A stretch of DNA of 64,000 nt from a virus. Position 1 is the stretch's first letter. Each line of letters begins with the position of its first letter. The stretch lies in IMG/VR virus record IMGVR_UViG_3300020220_003261. One strand, written 5' to 3'. The translations under genes and the position numbers were made by a program. The notes under the pieces were generated by a model. That model was not told where the DNA came from and made no database searches. It saw only the letters and a list, made by a program, of their open reading frames with translations. Of this stretch, positions 18,912-28,648 are shown piece after piece.

Positions 18912-19567
18912 GTACCTTAAACAAAATTGCACAATCGTATGGAACGGATAAAAGTTCAGATATACACAACTACTGTGTAAAATATGAAAAATATCTACCA
19001 TTTAATAGATACGAAGAATTGAACATTTTAGAAATTGGAATCTTAAACGGTAAGTCACTTAAAACATGGAAAGAATATTACTATCGTTCTAAAATTGTCG
19101 GTATTGACATCAATCCTGATTGTAAACAATATGAAGAAGAAAGAGTAAGTGTTGAAATTGGATCACAGGTAGATGGAAGTTTTCTATCTCGTGTTCGGCA
19201 ACAATATGGTCCATTTGATATGATATTAGATGATGGTTCACATATGAATTCACATGTTATATACTCTTTTCAAAACTTGTGGAAAAGCCTAAAATCTGGC
19301 GGTGTTTATATAATAGAAGATTGTGGAACTGCATATTGGGAAGATTATGAGGGCGGTTATTTGAAACCAACAACAAGTGTTGAGGCATTTAAATCTTTAG
19401 TTGATGATGTAAATTTTAGAGGACTAATGAATTTAGATAAACCAAATGTACATGCAAGAAGAGAAGATTGGTTAATAGAATTATCAAAAAAAACACAACC
19501 ATTTTGTGTTGTGGATATCGAGTCAATAAACTTTTTAAACGGAATTATTATAATAACAAAAAGATAA
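18908..19567 (+). CDS. Class I SAM methyltransferase (sugar O-methyltransferase-like)
   Basis: YGTDK, ILEIGI, GIDI, GSQVD, ILDDGSH, LKSGGVYIIED. Confidence 0.85.
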   Translation: MSTLNKIAQSYGTDKSSDIHNYCVKYEKYLPFNRYEELNILEIGILNGKSLKTWKEYYYRSKIVGIDINPDCKQYEEERVSVEIGSQVDGSFLSRVRQQYGPFDMILDDGSHMNSHVIYSFQNLWKSLKSGGVYIIEDCGTAYWEDYEGGYLKPTTSVEAFKSLVDDVNFRGLMNLDKPNVHARREDWLIELSKKTQPFCVVDIESINFLNGIIIITKR

Positions 19568-21687
19568 TGGGATATACGTTCGAAGAGGATATTTTTGTAA
19601 TTGATTGTTGGTTAGATACTGTCGAAAAGGAAAACACTCTATTAAAATTAATTGAAAGAATTAAAGTTTTTAATATACCAATAATTTTATGTGGGCATTT
19701 TCCTGTAAATCCAAAAATTCAGAAACAAGTTGATTATTTTATTTATGATAAAAATAATGATATTTTGTTGGAAAAAGATTTTAATCAGTATGAAGTAATG
19801 AGTGATAGGTGGTCAATTATGAATGACTATAAAGTTTTTAACAAAGTAGATTTTCATCATGACTATGCTATTTGGATCACTATGAAAAATGCTTTTAATT
19901 TAGTTAAACAACTAAATAAAAAATATATCCATTTTCTCGAATATGATAACATACCCGACGAAATTCAATATCGACAAGCTTTTATGGAATATATTAGAAA
20001 CCACGATGCTGTTGTATATGAATATATGCCAGGTTCAACCAATCAAATGCAACCATATTGTTCGACATATATTTTTTCAATAAAAACCGATGTTGCATTA
20101 TCAGTGATTAATAAAGTTAATAATAAAGAAGAGTATTTCAAAAATAGACCAAATGGTTGGCAATTAGAAAAAGTTTTCTTTCAAACGTTAAAAGGTGTGA
20201 CAAGTAATATATTTGTAAGTAAGTATATACCTAATGATAATGAACTTAATATATATGCAGCTTGGAACAGAAATGGAATTTTAAAAAATGGTGCAATTTT
20301 TCAAACTTACTTGGCTGTAGACGAATCCAACAAATTACATATTCATTTCATTTCTGGATTTTCAGAAAAAGACGCTGATAAAGATTACTTATGTGAGATA
20401 AACTATTCAAACACCAAATTTTTCTTTACTGTAAAAAGAAAACAATATCACTTAGAATTGTTGGGTGACTATATAGAAAATGAAACTGTTAGAGTTTTTT
20501 ATCAGGGTATTGAAGTTTTCACACAAAAACTGACCGAAGATGTTATAAAATTTAAAAGAAAAAACATTTTAGAATGGAAAAATAAAGTATCAAATAGAAA
20601 GATAAATGTTCATTTTATTGATGGTGCATATGTTGAAATATTGGACAACATACCTTTGAAATATAATGTTCAATTTATTGATAAAAAAAATAACAATATT
20701 GTTTATAGCACAGAATTAATCAGCAACCATTGGTGTAAGACTTCTTTGAAATATTATGTCGACTGGGAAATTAGGATAAAAGGAATAGATAACGATTATT
20801 TGGAATATCACAATTTTACAACTGAGAATAATAAATTTTATATCTCTTTTGAGACAAAATCTTTGGGTGACACATTAGCTTTTATACCTTATGTTGAGGA
20901 ATTTAGAAAAGAAAAAAAATGTAAAATAATATGTTCGACTTTCCATAATGAATTGTTCAGAAAACAGTATCCCGAAATTGAGTTTGTAAATCCTGGAACA
21001 AATGTTAACAATATTATGGGTCTTTACAGATTAGGACTCTTTTATAATGGATCTAATGTTGATTATGAAAAACATCCTTATAATCCTCTTAAAGAACCGT
21101 TACAAAAAATTGCATCAGATATACTAGGTTTAGACTACAAAGAAATTAAACCATTTTTACCAAAATTAGGAGGACATAAAAAGAAAAGAGTGTGTATTGC
21201 AATTCACTCTACATCACAATGTAAATATTGGAATAACCCACATGGATGGCAAGAAGTAGTTGATTATATAAAATCCCAAGGATATGAAGTTAGGTTACTA
21301 TCAAGAGAAGAAGACGGTTACATGGGAAATAAAAACCCGAAAGGAATAAAACAACAACCAAATAGTTCAACTATCGAAATACTTAAAGTTCTACAAGAGT
21401 CACATTTATTTATAGGAATAAGTAGTGGTTTGAGTTGGTTGGCATGGGCTTCAGATATACCTGTAATATTGGTATCGGGATTTACAGATGTTTATTTAGA
21501 ACCATTTAAAGATGTGACTAGAATTATAAATAAAGATGTGTGTAACGGATGTTGGCATAATCATAAGTTTGATCCGGGAGATTGGTATTGGTGTCCAATT
21601 CATAAAGGAACAGACAAACAATACGAATGTTCAAAAGAAATAAGTGGGCAAAATGTTATTTCTTCGATAAAAAAATTTTTAGTTTAA
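19567..21687 (+). CDS. Unknown N-terminal domain + TibC/Aah-like (autotransporter O-heptosyltransferase family, GT9-related) domain
   Basis: KSLGDTLAFIPY, AIHSTSQCKYWNN..W, FIGISSGLSWLAW, four-Cys CNGC..WCP..ECS; start at ATG 19567 (TAATG overlap). Confidence 0.8.
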   Translation: MGYTFEEDIFVIDCWLDTVEKENTLLKLIERIKVFNIPIILCGHFPVNPKIQKQVDYFIYDKNNDILLEKDFNQYEVMSDRWSIMNDYKVFNKVDFHHDYAIWITMKNAFNLVKQLNKKYIHFLEYDNIPDEIQYRQAFMEYIRNHDAVVYEYMPGSTNQMQPYCSTYIFSIKTDVALSVINKVNNKEEYFKNRPNGWQLEKVFFQTLKGVTSNIFVSKYIPNDNELNIYAAWNRNGILKNGAIFQTYLAVDESNKLHIHFISGFSEKDADKDYLCEINYSNTKFFFTVKRKQYHLELLGDYIENETVRVFYQGIEVFTQKLTEDVIKFKRKNILEWKNKVSNRKINVHFIDGAYVEILDNIPLKYNVQFIDKKNNNIVYSTELISNHWCKTSLKYYVDWEIRIKGIDNDYLEYHNFTTENNKFYISFETKSLGDTLAFIPYVEEFRKEKKCKIICSTFHNELFRKQYPEIEFVNPGTNVNNIMGLYRLGLFYNGSNVDYEKHPYNPLKEPLQKIASDILGLDYKEIKPFLPKLGGHKKKRVCIAIHSTSQCKYWNNPHGWQEVVDYIKSQGYEVRLLSREEDGYMGNKNPKGIKQQPNSSTIEILKVLQESHLFIGISSGLSWLAWASDIPVILVSGFTDVYLEPFKDVTRIINKDVCNGCWHNHKFDPGDWYWCPIHKGTDKQYECSKEISGQNVISSIKKFLV

Positions 21688-21709
21688 GTTTTTTAATTGT
21701 AATATCCAA

Positions 21710-21717
21710 TATTTATA
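21710..21717 (+). promoter_or_regulatory. TATTTATA motif upstream of the tail fibre
   Basis: 21 nt before ATG 21739. Confidence 0.4.
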
Positions 21718-21738
21718 TGAGTATAATACCATATAAAT

Positions 21739-24333
21739 ATGAAAATATTTCAGCCTTTAATAACTGGTTCGTTAAGTGTATCAGGCTCAACGACGATTAG
21801 TCAAGATTTAACAGTCCTTGGAACCATCAATGCGACGATTAGTGGTACCACAACAAACGCAATTACCGCTTCATATGCTTTAAATGCAGATACTATTGAT
21901 AATATTGATTCATTAAGATTAGCAACAACTGGAAGTAACACATTTAATGCAGATCAAACAGTAACTGGATCAATAAAGATTCAAGGAGATTTATACATTA
22001 ACGGGACTCAGTATACGGCTGCAACATCAGGAACCTCAGGAACAAGCGGTTCTTCTGGTTCATCAGGAACTTCAGGATCATCTGGTAGCTCTGGTTCGTC
22101 TGGTTCTTCTGGTAGCTCAGGTTCTTCGGGAACAAGCGGTTCTTCTGGTTCATCAGGAACAAGTGGTAGCTCAGGTACATCAGGAACCTCTGGTACAAGT
22201 GGAACATCAGGAACTTCAGGATCATCTGGTAGCTCTGGTTCGTCTGGTTCTTCTGGTAGCTCAGGTTCTTCGGGAACTAGTGGAACATCTGGTTCATCAG
22301 GAACAAGTGGTAGCTCAGGTACATCAGGAACCTCTGGTACAAGTGGAACATCAGGATCATCAGGATCATCTGGATCGAGTGGTACTGTAACAATGACAGG
22401 AGCTCAAGATAATGGTGTATTAACATTAAACGGTTCCTCTCCAAATGTGACCGCCGAAACTAATTTAACATTTGATGGCACAACATTAACTGTTACTGGT
22501 GACGTATTAATAACAAATAATTTATTAGTACAAGGAACAAATACAAATTTACAAGTTACTCAATTGTTTATTGAGGACAAGACAATAACATTAGCTAGTG
22601 GTTCTTTAACAGCAGCAGCTGCCAATGGTGCAGGTATTGAGGTAGTTGGCCCAACAACAGCGGCAACAATCACATATACAAGTGCGAACGATAGTTGGAA
22701 TACTAATAAAATATTAAGAGTTCCTGAGTTATTCATAAATGGAACACAATATACTGCGGCAACCTCAGGTACAAGTGGTTCATCTGGTTCTTCGGGAACA
22801 AGTGGAACATCGGGATCAAGTGGTTCGTCTGGATCTTCTGGTAGCTCAGGTTCTTCGGGAACAAGTGGAACATCGGGATCAAGTGGTTCGTCTGGATCTT
22901 CTGGTTCATCAGGAACCTCTGGTACAAGTGGAACATCGGGATCAAGTGGTTCGTCTGGATCCTCTGGTAGCTCAGGTTCTTCGGGAACTTCAGGAAGTTC
23001 AGGTTCATCAGGAACCTCAGGTAGTAGTGGTAGCTCAGGTTCATCTGGAACATCAGGTTCTTCTGGATCATCAGGAACCTCAGGTAGTAGTGGTAGCTCA
23101 GGTTCATCAGGAACCTCAGGTAGTAGTGGTAGCTCAGGTTCATCTGGAACATCAGGTTCTTCTGGTTCATCAGGTTCATCAGGAACCTCAGGTAGTAGTG
23201 GTAGCTCAGGTTCATCTGGAACATCAGGTTCTTCTGGTTCTTCTGGATCATCAGGAACCTCAGGTAGTAGTGGTAGCTCAGGTTCATCAGGTTCATCAGG
23301 AAGTTCTGGGTCAAGCGGATCAAGTGGATCAAGTGGATCAAGTGGATCATCAGGTACTTCAGTTTCAGTATCAGGAACTAACAATACATTAGTTAAATTC
23401 ACATCAGCATCAACAGTGGGTAATTCATCCATTACAGATGATGGTACAACAGTAACAATTGGTGGTAACTTAGTTATTTCAGGTACACAAACAACAGTTA
23501 ACTCAACAACCGTTAATATTGCTGATAATATTATTCAATTAAATGGTACTGGAGCAACAAACGCAGGTTTAGTTGTAAGAGACGCTACCGCATCTACGTT
23601 GGTATCAGGTTCATTTTTGTGGGATACAACAAATGATAAATGGATTGCGGGTCCGTTAGGATCTGAAGATGATGTTGTATTAAAAACAGCATCGCAAACT
23701 TTAACGAATAAAACAATTAACGCTTCCCAATTAGTTGATGCATCTGTAACAAATGCTAAATTAACTAACTCATCTTTAACAGTTACGGCTGGTACAGGTA
23801 TGAGTGGTGGAGGATCAGTTGCATTAGGGTCATCGGTAACATTAACAAATGCCGGTGTGACATCGGCGGTTGCAGGAACGGGTGTTAGTGTAAGTGCCGG
23901 AACAGGAGCGGTAACAATTTCAATTGGTCAAGCCGTAGCGACCAACTCGAATGTTCAATTTAACGCTTTAGGTGTTGGAACCGCTGCACCAAACACGGCA
24001 GGTTTGATTAGAGCAACAAATGACGTAATTGCTTTCTATGGCTCAGATATAAGATTAAAAGAAAATATAACACCTATATCTAATCCAATCGAAAAGTTAA
24101 AACAAATAAATGGTTACGAATTTGATTGGATTCCTTTAGAGGGTATTCACGAAAATGAAGGTCATGATATTGGAGTGGTTGCTCAAGAGATTGAAGAAGT
24201 CTTACCTGAAATTGTAACAACAAGAGATAATGGTTATAAGGCTGTTAAGTATGAAAAACTTGTGGCGTTATTAATCGAATCTAATAAAGAATTACTTAGG
24301 AAAATTGAAATACTTGAGAATAAACTTAGGTAA
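21739..24333 (+). CDS. Tail fibre/spike with Gly-Ser/Thr triplet repeats and C-terminal peptidase S74 intramolecular chaperone
   Basis: SDIRLKENI..FDW..IGVVAQEIEEVLPEIV..VKYEKLVALLIE..EL; two long (GSS/GTS)n blocks. Confidence 0.88.
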   Translation: MKIFQPLITGSLSVSGSTTISQDLTVLGTINATISGTTTNAITASYALNADTIDNIDSLRLATTGSNTFNADQTVTGSIKIQGDLYINGTQYTAATSGTSGTSGSSGSSGTSGSSGSSGSSGSSGSSGSSGTSGSSGSSGTSGSSGTSGTSGTSGTSGTSGSSGSSGSSGSSGSSGSSGTSGTSGSSGTSGSSGTSGTSGTSGTSGSSGSSGSSGTVTMTGAQDNGVLTLNGSSPNVTAETNLTFDGTTLTVTGDVLITNNLLVQGTNTNLQVTQLFIEDKTITLASGSLTAAAANGAGIEVVGPTTAATITYTSANDSWNTNKILRVPELFINGTQYTAATSGTSGSSGSSGTSGTSGSSGSSGSSGSSGSSGTSGTSGSSGSSGSSGSSGTSGTSGTSGSSGSSGSSGSSGSSGTSGSSGSSGTSGSSGSSGSSGTSGSSGSSGTSGSSGSSGSSGTSGSSGSSGSSGTSGSSGSSGSSGTSGSSGSSGSSGTSGSSGSSGSSGTSGSSGSSGSSGSSGSSGSSGSSGSSGSSGSSGTSVSVSGTNNTLVKFTSASTVGNSSITDDGTTVTIGGNLVISGTQTTVNSTTVNIADNIIQLNGTGATNAGLVVRDATASTLVSGSFLWDTTNDKWIAGPLGSEDDVVLKTASQTLTNKTINASQLVDASVTNAKLTNSSLTVTAGTGMSGGGSVALGSSVTLTNAGVTSAVAGTGVSVSAGTGAVTISIGQAVATNSNVQFNALGVGTAAPNTAGLIRATNDVIAFYGSDIRLKENITPISNPIEKLKQINGYEFDWIPLEGIHENEGHDIGVVAQEIEEVLPEIVTTRDNGYKAVKYEKLVALLIESNKELLRKIEILENKLR
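22024..22386 (+). repeat. Coding G-[ST]-S repeat block 1 with a 144-bp near-perfect tandem duplication
   Basis: 22061-22133 is identical to 22205-22277; 22147-22212 matches 22291-22356. Confidence 0.9.
22762..23358 (+). repeat. Coding G-[ST]-S repeat block 2
   Basis: 63-bp unit three times (about 22795, 22858, 22921); tcaggaacctcaggtagtagtggtagctcaggttcatc five times between 23008 and about 23290. Confidence 0.9.
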
Positions 24334-24389
24334 TAAAATATTCCCTATATAAAATATTGGGAATACTTATAAATAAAATTTAATAGACA

Positions 24390-24605
24390 ATGGGTCTTAT
24401 ACCTGCCACAGGATCTGAGGTTAGTTTAGGGAGAATAGGTCAAGCATTAGGAATGGGAACAGCAGGAACTGTGGCTGTAGCACTAAATGCTGGTGCAGGA
24501 GCAAACAGAGGAAATAATCAATCAGGTGTAGGAGCAATTTCCTCAGGTTCACAAACAGAAGAGGGTGCCAGTTTCGGTGGTTTAAATGCTAACGGAACAT
24601 ATTAA
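24390..24605 (+). CDS. Small Gly/Ala-rich putative virion protein
   Basis: Directly after the fibre; composition resembles fibre accessory proteins. Confidence 0.55.
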   Translation: MGLIPATGSEVSLGRIGQALGMGTAGTVAVALNAGAGANRGNNQSGVGAISSGSQTEEGASFGGLNANGTY

Positions 24606-24644
24606 TGTCTTTATTATTAAGTTATAAACTCTTATATTTTATTG

Positions 24645-25091
24645 ATGAAATTAAAGTATAAGAGTTTTTCTTGCAAATACGAATTATATTATATAACTTG
24701 GAATGGAATTAATTTCGATAAAGATAAACTTATAAAATTAACAAATAGATTAAAATTACTAAAATTCACATCTCTTTTATTTAAATCACATAAAGAAGAA
24801 TTAAGAATTTTAAAAGAAATATATTCATCTTATGATGAAAAAGTTCTGATAGGTCTATTAAATAATGATGAGAAAATTTGTAGAAATGGTTTTATAGAAA
24901 AATGGGCAAGAATTGGTGCAATAGATATTTTATTGACGGGTGTTTATAGTAGAAATACATTTACAACAATAAGTAACTTACCAGTTGAGGACTATCAATT
25001 AATATGTAAAAGAATTGAGGAATTAGTAAATTACGGAAGAAACTTAACATATCAACAAGATAAAATTAGTAACAATATACCTGGATTATGA
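24645..25091 (+). CDS. Hypothetical protein
   Basis: Open ORF coupled to the next gene. Confidence 0.6.
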   Translation: MKLKYKSFSCKYELYYITWNGINFDKDKLIKLTNRLKLLKFTSLLFKSHKEELRILKEIYSSYDEKVLIGLLNNDEKICRNGFIEKWARIGAIDILLTGVYSRNTFTTISNLPVEDYQLICKRIEELVNYGRNLTYQQDKISNNIPGL

Positions 25092-25729
25092 ATAAATCAT
25101 TTTATAGTCAATCAATGTGGTCTGGTTTACCGAGAAAATTATCAATATTAGTTCCAACAAGGGATATGATTCATTCTCATTTTGCATATTGTTTAACACA
25201 ACTTATCAAAACCACAAATCAAAATAATATTGATACATATCTTTTTTTTGATTCAAGTACAATTTTATTAAATCAAAGAACAAATTTGATCAAGAAATCT
25301 TTAGAGGTTAAATCTGATTATTTGTTATGGTTAGACAGTGATATGATGTTTCCGTCAAGCACCGCATTAAGATTATTAAATCATAATAAAGATATTGTAG
25401 CGTGTAATTACATAAAAAGAACTAAACCACAAAACCCAGTTGCTTATAAAGATATTACAGATTTTAATAGTTTTATACCGCTAACACCTCAAGAAGAGTT
25501 AGTTGAAGTAGAAGGAATAGGAATGGGTTGTATGTTAATGAAGACAGATATATTCAACCAATTAGATAAACCTTACTTCAAATTTATTTATAAGGAAGAT
25601 ACAGATGATTGGCATGGAGAAGATTTTGATATGTTATCAAGATTTAGAAAACTTGGGTATACCATTTATGTTGATTCTTTATTGAGTTTAGAAATAAAAC
25701 ATTTGGGTAACCAAGCATTTGGTGTTTAA
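25088..25729 (+). CDS. GT-A fold glycosyltransferase-like protein
   Basis: LWLDSDMMFP (DxD), GIGMGCML, GEDFD. Confidence 0.75.
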   Translation: MNKSFYSQSMWSGLPRKLSILVPTRDMIHSHFAYCLTQLIKTTNQNNIDTYLFFDSSTILLNQRTNLIKKSLEVKSDYLLWLDSDMMFPSSTALRLLNHNKDIVACNYIKRTKPQNPVAYKDITDFNSFIPLTPQEELVEVEGIGMGCMLMKTDIFNQLDKPYFKFIYKEDTDDWHGEDFDMLSRFRKLGYTIYVDSLLSLEIKHLGNQAFGV

Positions 25730-26835
25730 ATTTCTTTTTTAATTTCGATTAACATATTACCTATATTATATTGATTAGGTTTATATTCAGGAATTGATAA
25801 TCTTAATTTTTGTAATGTATAAACATCTTCATCTGTAAATGGTGAGGTTTCATAAATTATTACATCCACCATGTCAGTTAAAGTAAATTTACTTCTCAAA
25901 TCGTATCTAGTATTCTTCTGTTCGTTTTCAATATAGTCATCAGGTATTATACCTAAATCTATCTTATCAAAAAAAGGTTCAATTTCATATAACCTATTAC
26001 AATTTCTTGTTAATAAAGACATTGTGAATGTTTTAAATTTAAACGGGTTATCCTCCCAATATCTCATCTCATTAAATGCGGATATTGGTATTCCCCATTT
26101 CCTCACAAAGTTTCTATTTGATGATATTTCATATTTAAATCTATCGTTTTTATAATCGTTTCCGAATCTAGATGTTTGAGAAACAAAATGATATGTTATT
26201 GCACATTCAGTTGTTTTTAGATCGTAACCTTTCAATTTAGCACGGATTAAAAAATCATCATCCTCACAAAAACAAGGAATAAAACTGAATCCATCAAACA
26301 TCCCAACATCTTCAAACATTTTTTTATATCCACTCATAAAAAAAACTGCGCCATCATATAGTGTTATGTCATTTTTGTGATCTTCGACATAACTATCAAA
26401 AGATATGTAATCAAATTCTTGAAATGTTCTACCCATATCAATTAAAACTTTACCTGGCCTTCTATGTGTGGTAAAAATTGGAGGTTCAATTGTTGTATAA
26501 CACAAAACCATTTTCTCATTTAACAACCTATCAATATTTTCTAAGAAATTTTTACCAATGACCATGTCATTGTGAATTAAAACTAATTTTTCGGTATCAA
26601 CAAGATTAATACCTGTGTTATATGTTTCAGAAAATGTTAATCTATCATCATCATGAAATATTGTGAGATAATCATCTTCATTTGATGTATTTTCTAACCA
26701 TTGTTTAGTCCCATCATATGACCCACCGCTACTAATTACAATTGGAATTTTAGGGTATATTTCACGTATTCTTTTATAACAATTTTTTGTTAATTCTAAA
26801 TTATTATAAACCGCTAAAACAAAACTTATGTCCAT
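25726..26835 (-). CDS. Glycosyltransferase family 2
   Basis: ISFVLAVYNN, GGSYDGT, LIHNDM, FCEDDDF. Confidence 0.85.
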   Translation of the reverse strand: MDISFVLAVYNNLELTKNCYKRIREIYPKIPIVISSGGSYDGTKQWLENTSNEDDYLTIFHDDDRLTFSETYNTGINLVDTEKLVLIHNDMVIGKNFLENIDRLLNEKMVLCYTTIEPPIFTTHRRPGKVLIDMGRTFQEFDYISFDSYVEDHKNDITLYDGAVFFMSGYKKMFEDVGMFDGFSFIPCFCEDDDFLIRAKLKGYDLKTTECAITYHFVSQTSRFGNDYKNDRFKYEISSNRNFVRKWGIPISAFNEMRYWEDNPFKFKTFTMSLLTRNCNRLYEIEPFFDKIDLGIIPDDYIENEQKNTRYDLRSKFTLTDMVDVIIYETSPFTDEDVYTLQKLRLSIPEYKPNQYNIGNMLIEIKKEI

Positions 26836-27680
26836 TTACTCAAATATGCTTTTATATAGTCATCAATATTTTTTACAGGATTCCAACCTAAAAGTTCTTT
26901 TGCTAAAAAAGATTCACATAAAGTTTCTTGTGATTCTCCAGGTAAATCCTCTGAGTAAATTTTTTCTTTACCATACATTTCTGCAATTTCATTTATAGAA
27001 TAATTATGACCTCTTCCAAATTCAAAGACATTACCCCAACTTTCTTTTTCTTTAATTTTTATTAAACCATCAACAATATCTTCAACATGAGTAAAATCTC
27101 TTCTTTTTTCTCCATTACCATAAATCGTTAAAGGATTGTTGTTTTCGATTAAATTTTCCCATCTACCAATTAATGTTGTATAACCACCCGTTTTTAAATG
27201 ATATGGACCATAAACATTATAAAATCTAGCAATTGAACATTTTAATTTAAAATGTTCTTGATAAAGTTTAATTATTTCTTCACCGATGTCTTTACTGAAA
27301 GTATATGGATTTTTAAACTTACCTGAGTGATGTGAACTACTACCAGCATAAATAAGGGGAACATTATTTTTGGAACAATATTCAACTATTTCAAATGTTC
27401 CGTTTGCATTCACATCAAAGTATTCTTTAGGATTTTTAAAAGATGGTTGTATTCTTGCAACTGCAGCCAAATGATAAATTACATCAATATTTTTACAATT
27501 TCCCCAAGAGTTAAATCTTCTAATATCATCTTCCAAATATTTTATGGCACCATCAATATGATTATCTTTCAAACCTGTTGTGTAATTGTCTATTGATATT
27601 ATAAAATGACCCTCATTTAATAACCTTTTAATTAAATTGGTTCCAACAAAACCAGCTCCACCCGTTACAATAATTCTCAT
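26826..27680 (-). CDS. NAD-dependent epimerase/dehydratase
   Basis: TGGAGFVG, YHLAA, YTFSK, RFYNVYGP, RRDFTHVED; start moved to MRIIV. Confidence 0.9.
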   Translation of the reverse strand: MRIIVTGGAGFVGTNLIKRLLNEGHFIISIDNYTTGLKDNHIDGAIKYLEDDIRRFNSWGNCKNIDVIYHLAAVARIQPSFKNPKEYFDVNANGTFEIVEYCSKNNVPLIYAGSSSHHSGKFKNPYTFSKDIGEEIIKLYQEHFKLKCSIARFYNVYGPYHLKTGGYTTLIGRWENLIENNNPLTIYGNGEKRRDFTHVEDIVDGLIKIKEKESWGNVFEFGRGHNYSINEIAEMYGKEKIYSEDLPGESQETLCESFLAKELLGWNPVKNIDDYIKAYLSKWT

Positions 27681-28648
27681 TTTGAATATATTTTCAACCA
27701 ATGTTCAATCATTTCATCCATCATAGATTCGAAAGTATATTCTGGTTTCCAACCTAAAATATTTCTAACCTTAGATGAATCTCCTTTAAGATAGGATAAT
27801 TCTTCAGGTCGTAAAAATTTTTGATTTTGGATTATATATTCTTGATAATCCAAACCTAATGTTTCAAAAACATATTTACACATGTCTCTTACTGATCTAC
27901 TTTCCCCTGTTGCGACAACAAAATCATCTGGTGATGTGTGATTATTAATCAAATGCATAGCCTTTACATAATCTTTAGAATGCCCCCAATCTCTATATGC
28001 ATCCAAATTTCCTAACTCTAAACTTTTTTGTAATCCAAGTTTTATTCTTACTGCAGCCTTCACAACTTTATTTGTGACAAAGTTGGACCCCCTTCTTGGA
28101 GATTCATGATTAAAAAGAATACCATTTGTTGCAAACAAATTATATGCATGTCTATAATTTCTAACAATATTATACCCAAACACTTTTGTGCAACCATATG
28201 GTGATACTGGTGTCATTCTTGTTGTTTCTCTTTGAAATCCATCATCGTCTACGGAGGAACCAAACATCTCAGATGAAGAGGCTTGATAAAATCTAGCATT
28301 CGGACATGAAGTTCTATACGCCTCCAACATATTTAAAACTCCCACCGCATTTGATTGAGCTGTAAAAATTGGAATATCAAAACTAATTCTTACATGTGAC
28401 TGTGCACCAATATTATAAATTTCATCAGGTTGTATTTGATCTAACAATCTGTGTAAGGTAGAATAATCGATAAGATCACCATAATAAGTTTTTACCTTAT
28501 CTTCAAGATGTCCAATTCTACTTTCTTGATGTTCTGGTGTTGAATTTCTCCTAACAATACCATGTATTTCATATCCTAAATCTAATAAGTGTTCGGCTAA
28601 ATAACTTCCGTCTTGTCCCGCAATACCCGTGATAAATGCTTTCTTCAT
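27677..28648 (-). CDS. gmd: GDP-mannose 4,6-dehydratase
   Basis: ITGIAGQDGSYLAE, AQSHVRISF, YQASSSEMFG, SPYG..K, LFNHESPRRG, GNLDAYRDWGH. Confidence 0.93.
   Translation of the reverse strand: MKKAFITGIAGQDGSYLAEHLLDLGYEIHGIVRRNSTPEHQESRIGHLEDKVKTYYGDLIDYSTLHRLLDQIQPDEIYNIGAQSHVRISFDIPIFTAQSNAVGVLNMLEAYRTSCPNARFYQASSSEMFGSSVDDDGFQRETTRMTPVSPYGCTKVFGYNIVRNYRHAYNLFATNGILFNHESPRRGSNFVTNKVVKAAVRIKLGLQKSLELGNLDAYRDWGHSKDYVKAMHLINNHTSPDDFVVATGESRSVRDMCKYVFETLGLDYQEYIIQNQKFLRPEELSYLKGDSSKVRNILGWKPEYTFESMMDEMIEHWLKIYSK

Noticed and set aside
22024-23358. CRISPR-like repeat array
   Set aside because: In-frame coding triplet repeats with no unique spacers and no cas genes.
21998-23432. Alternate-frame and antisense ORFs (PDEP-, LMNQ- and QVVV-rich) over the fibre gene
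   Set aside because: Shadows of the 9-nt coding repeat, which lacks stops in several frames.
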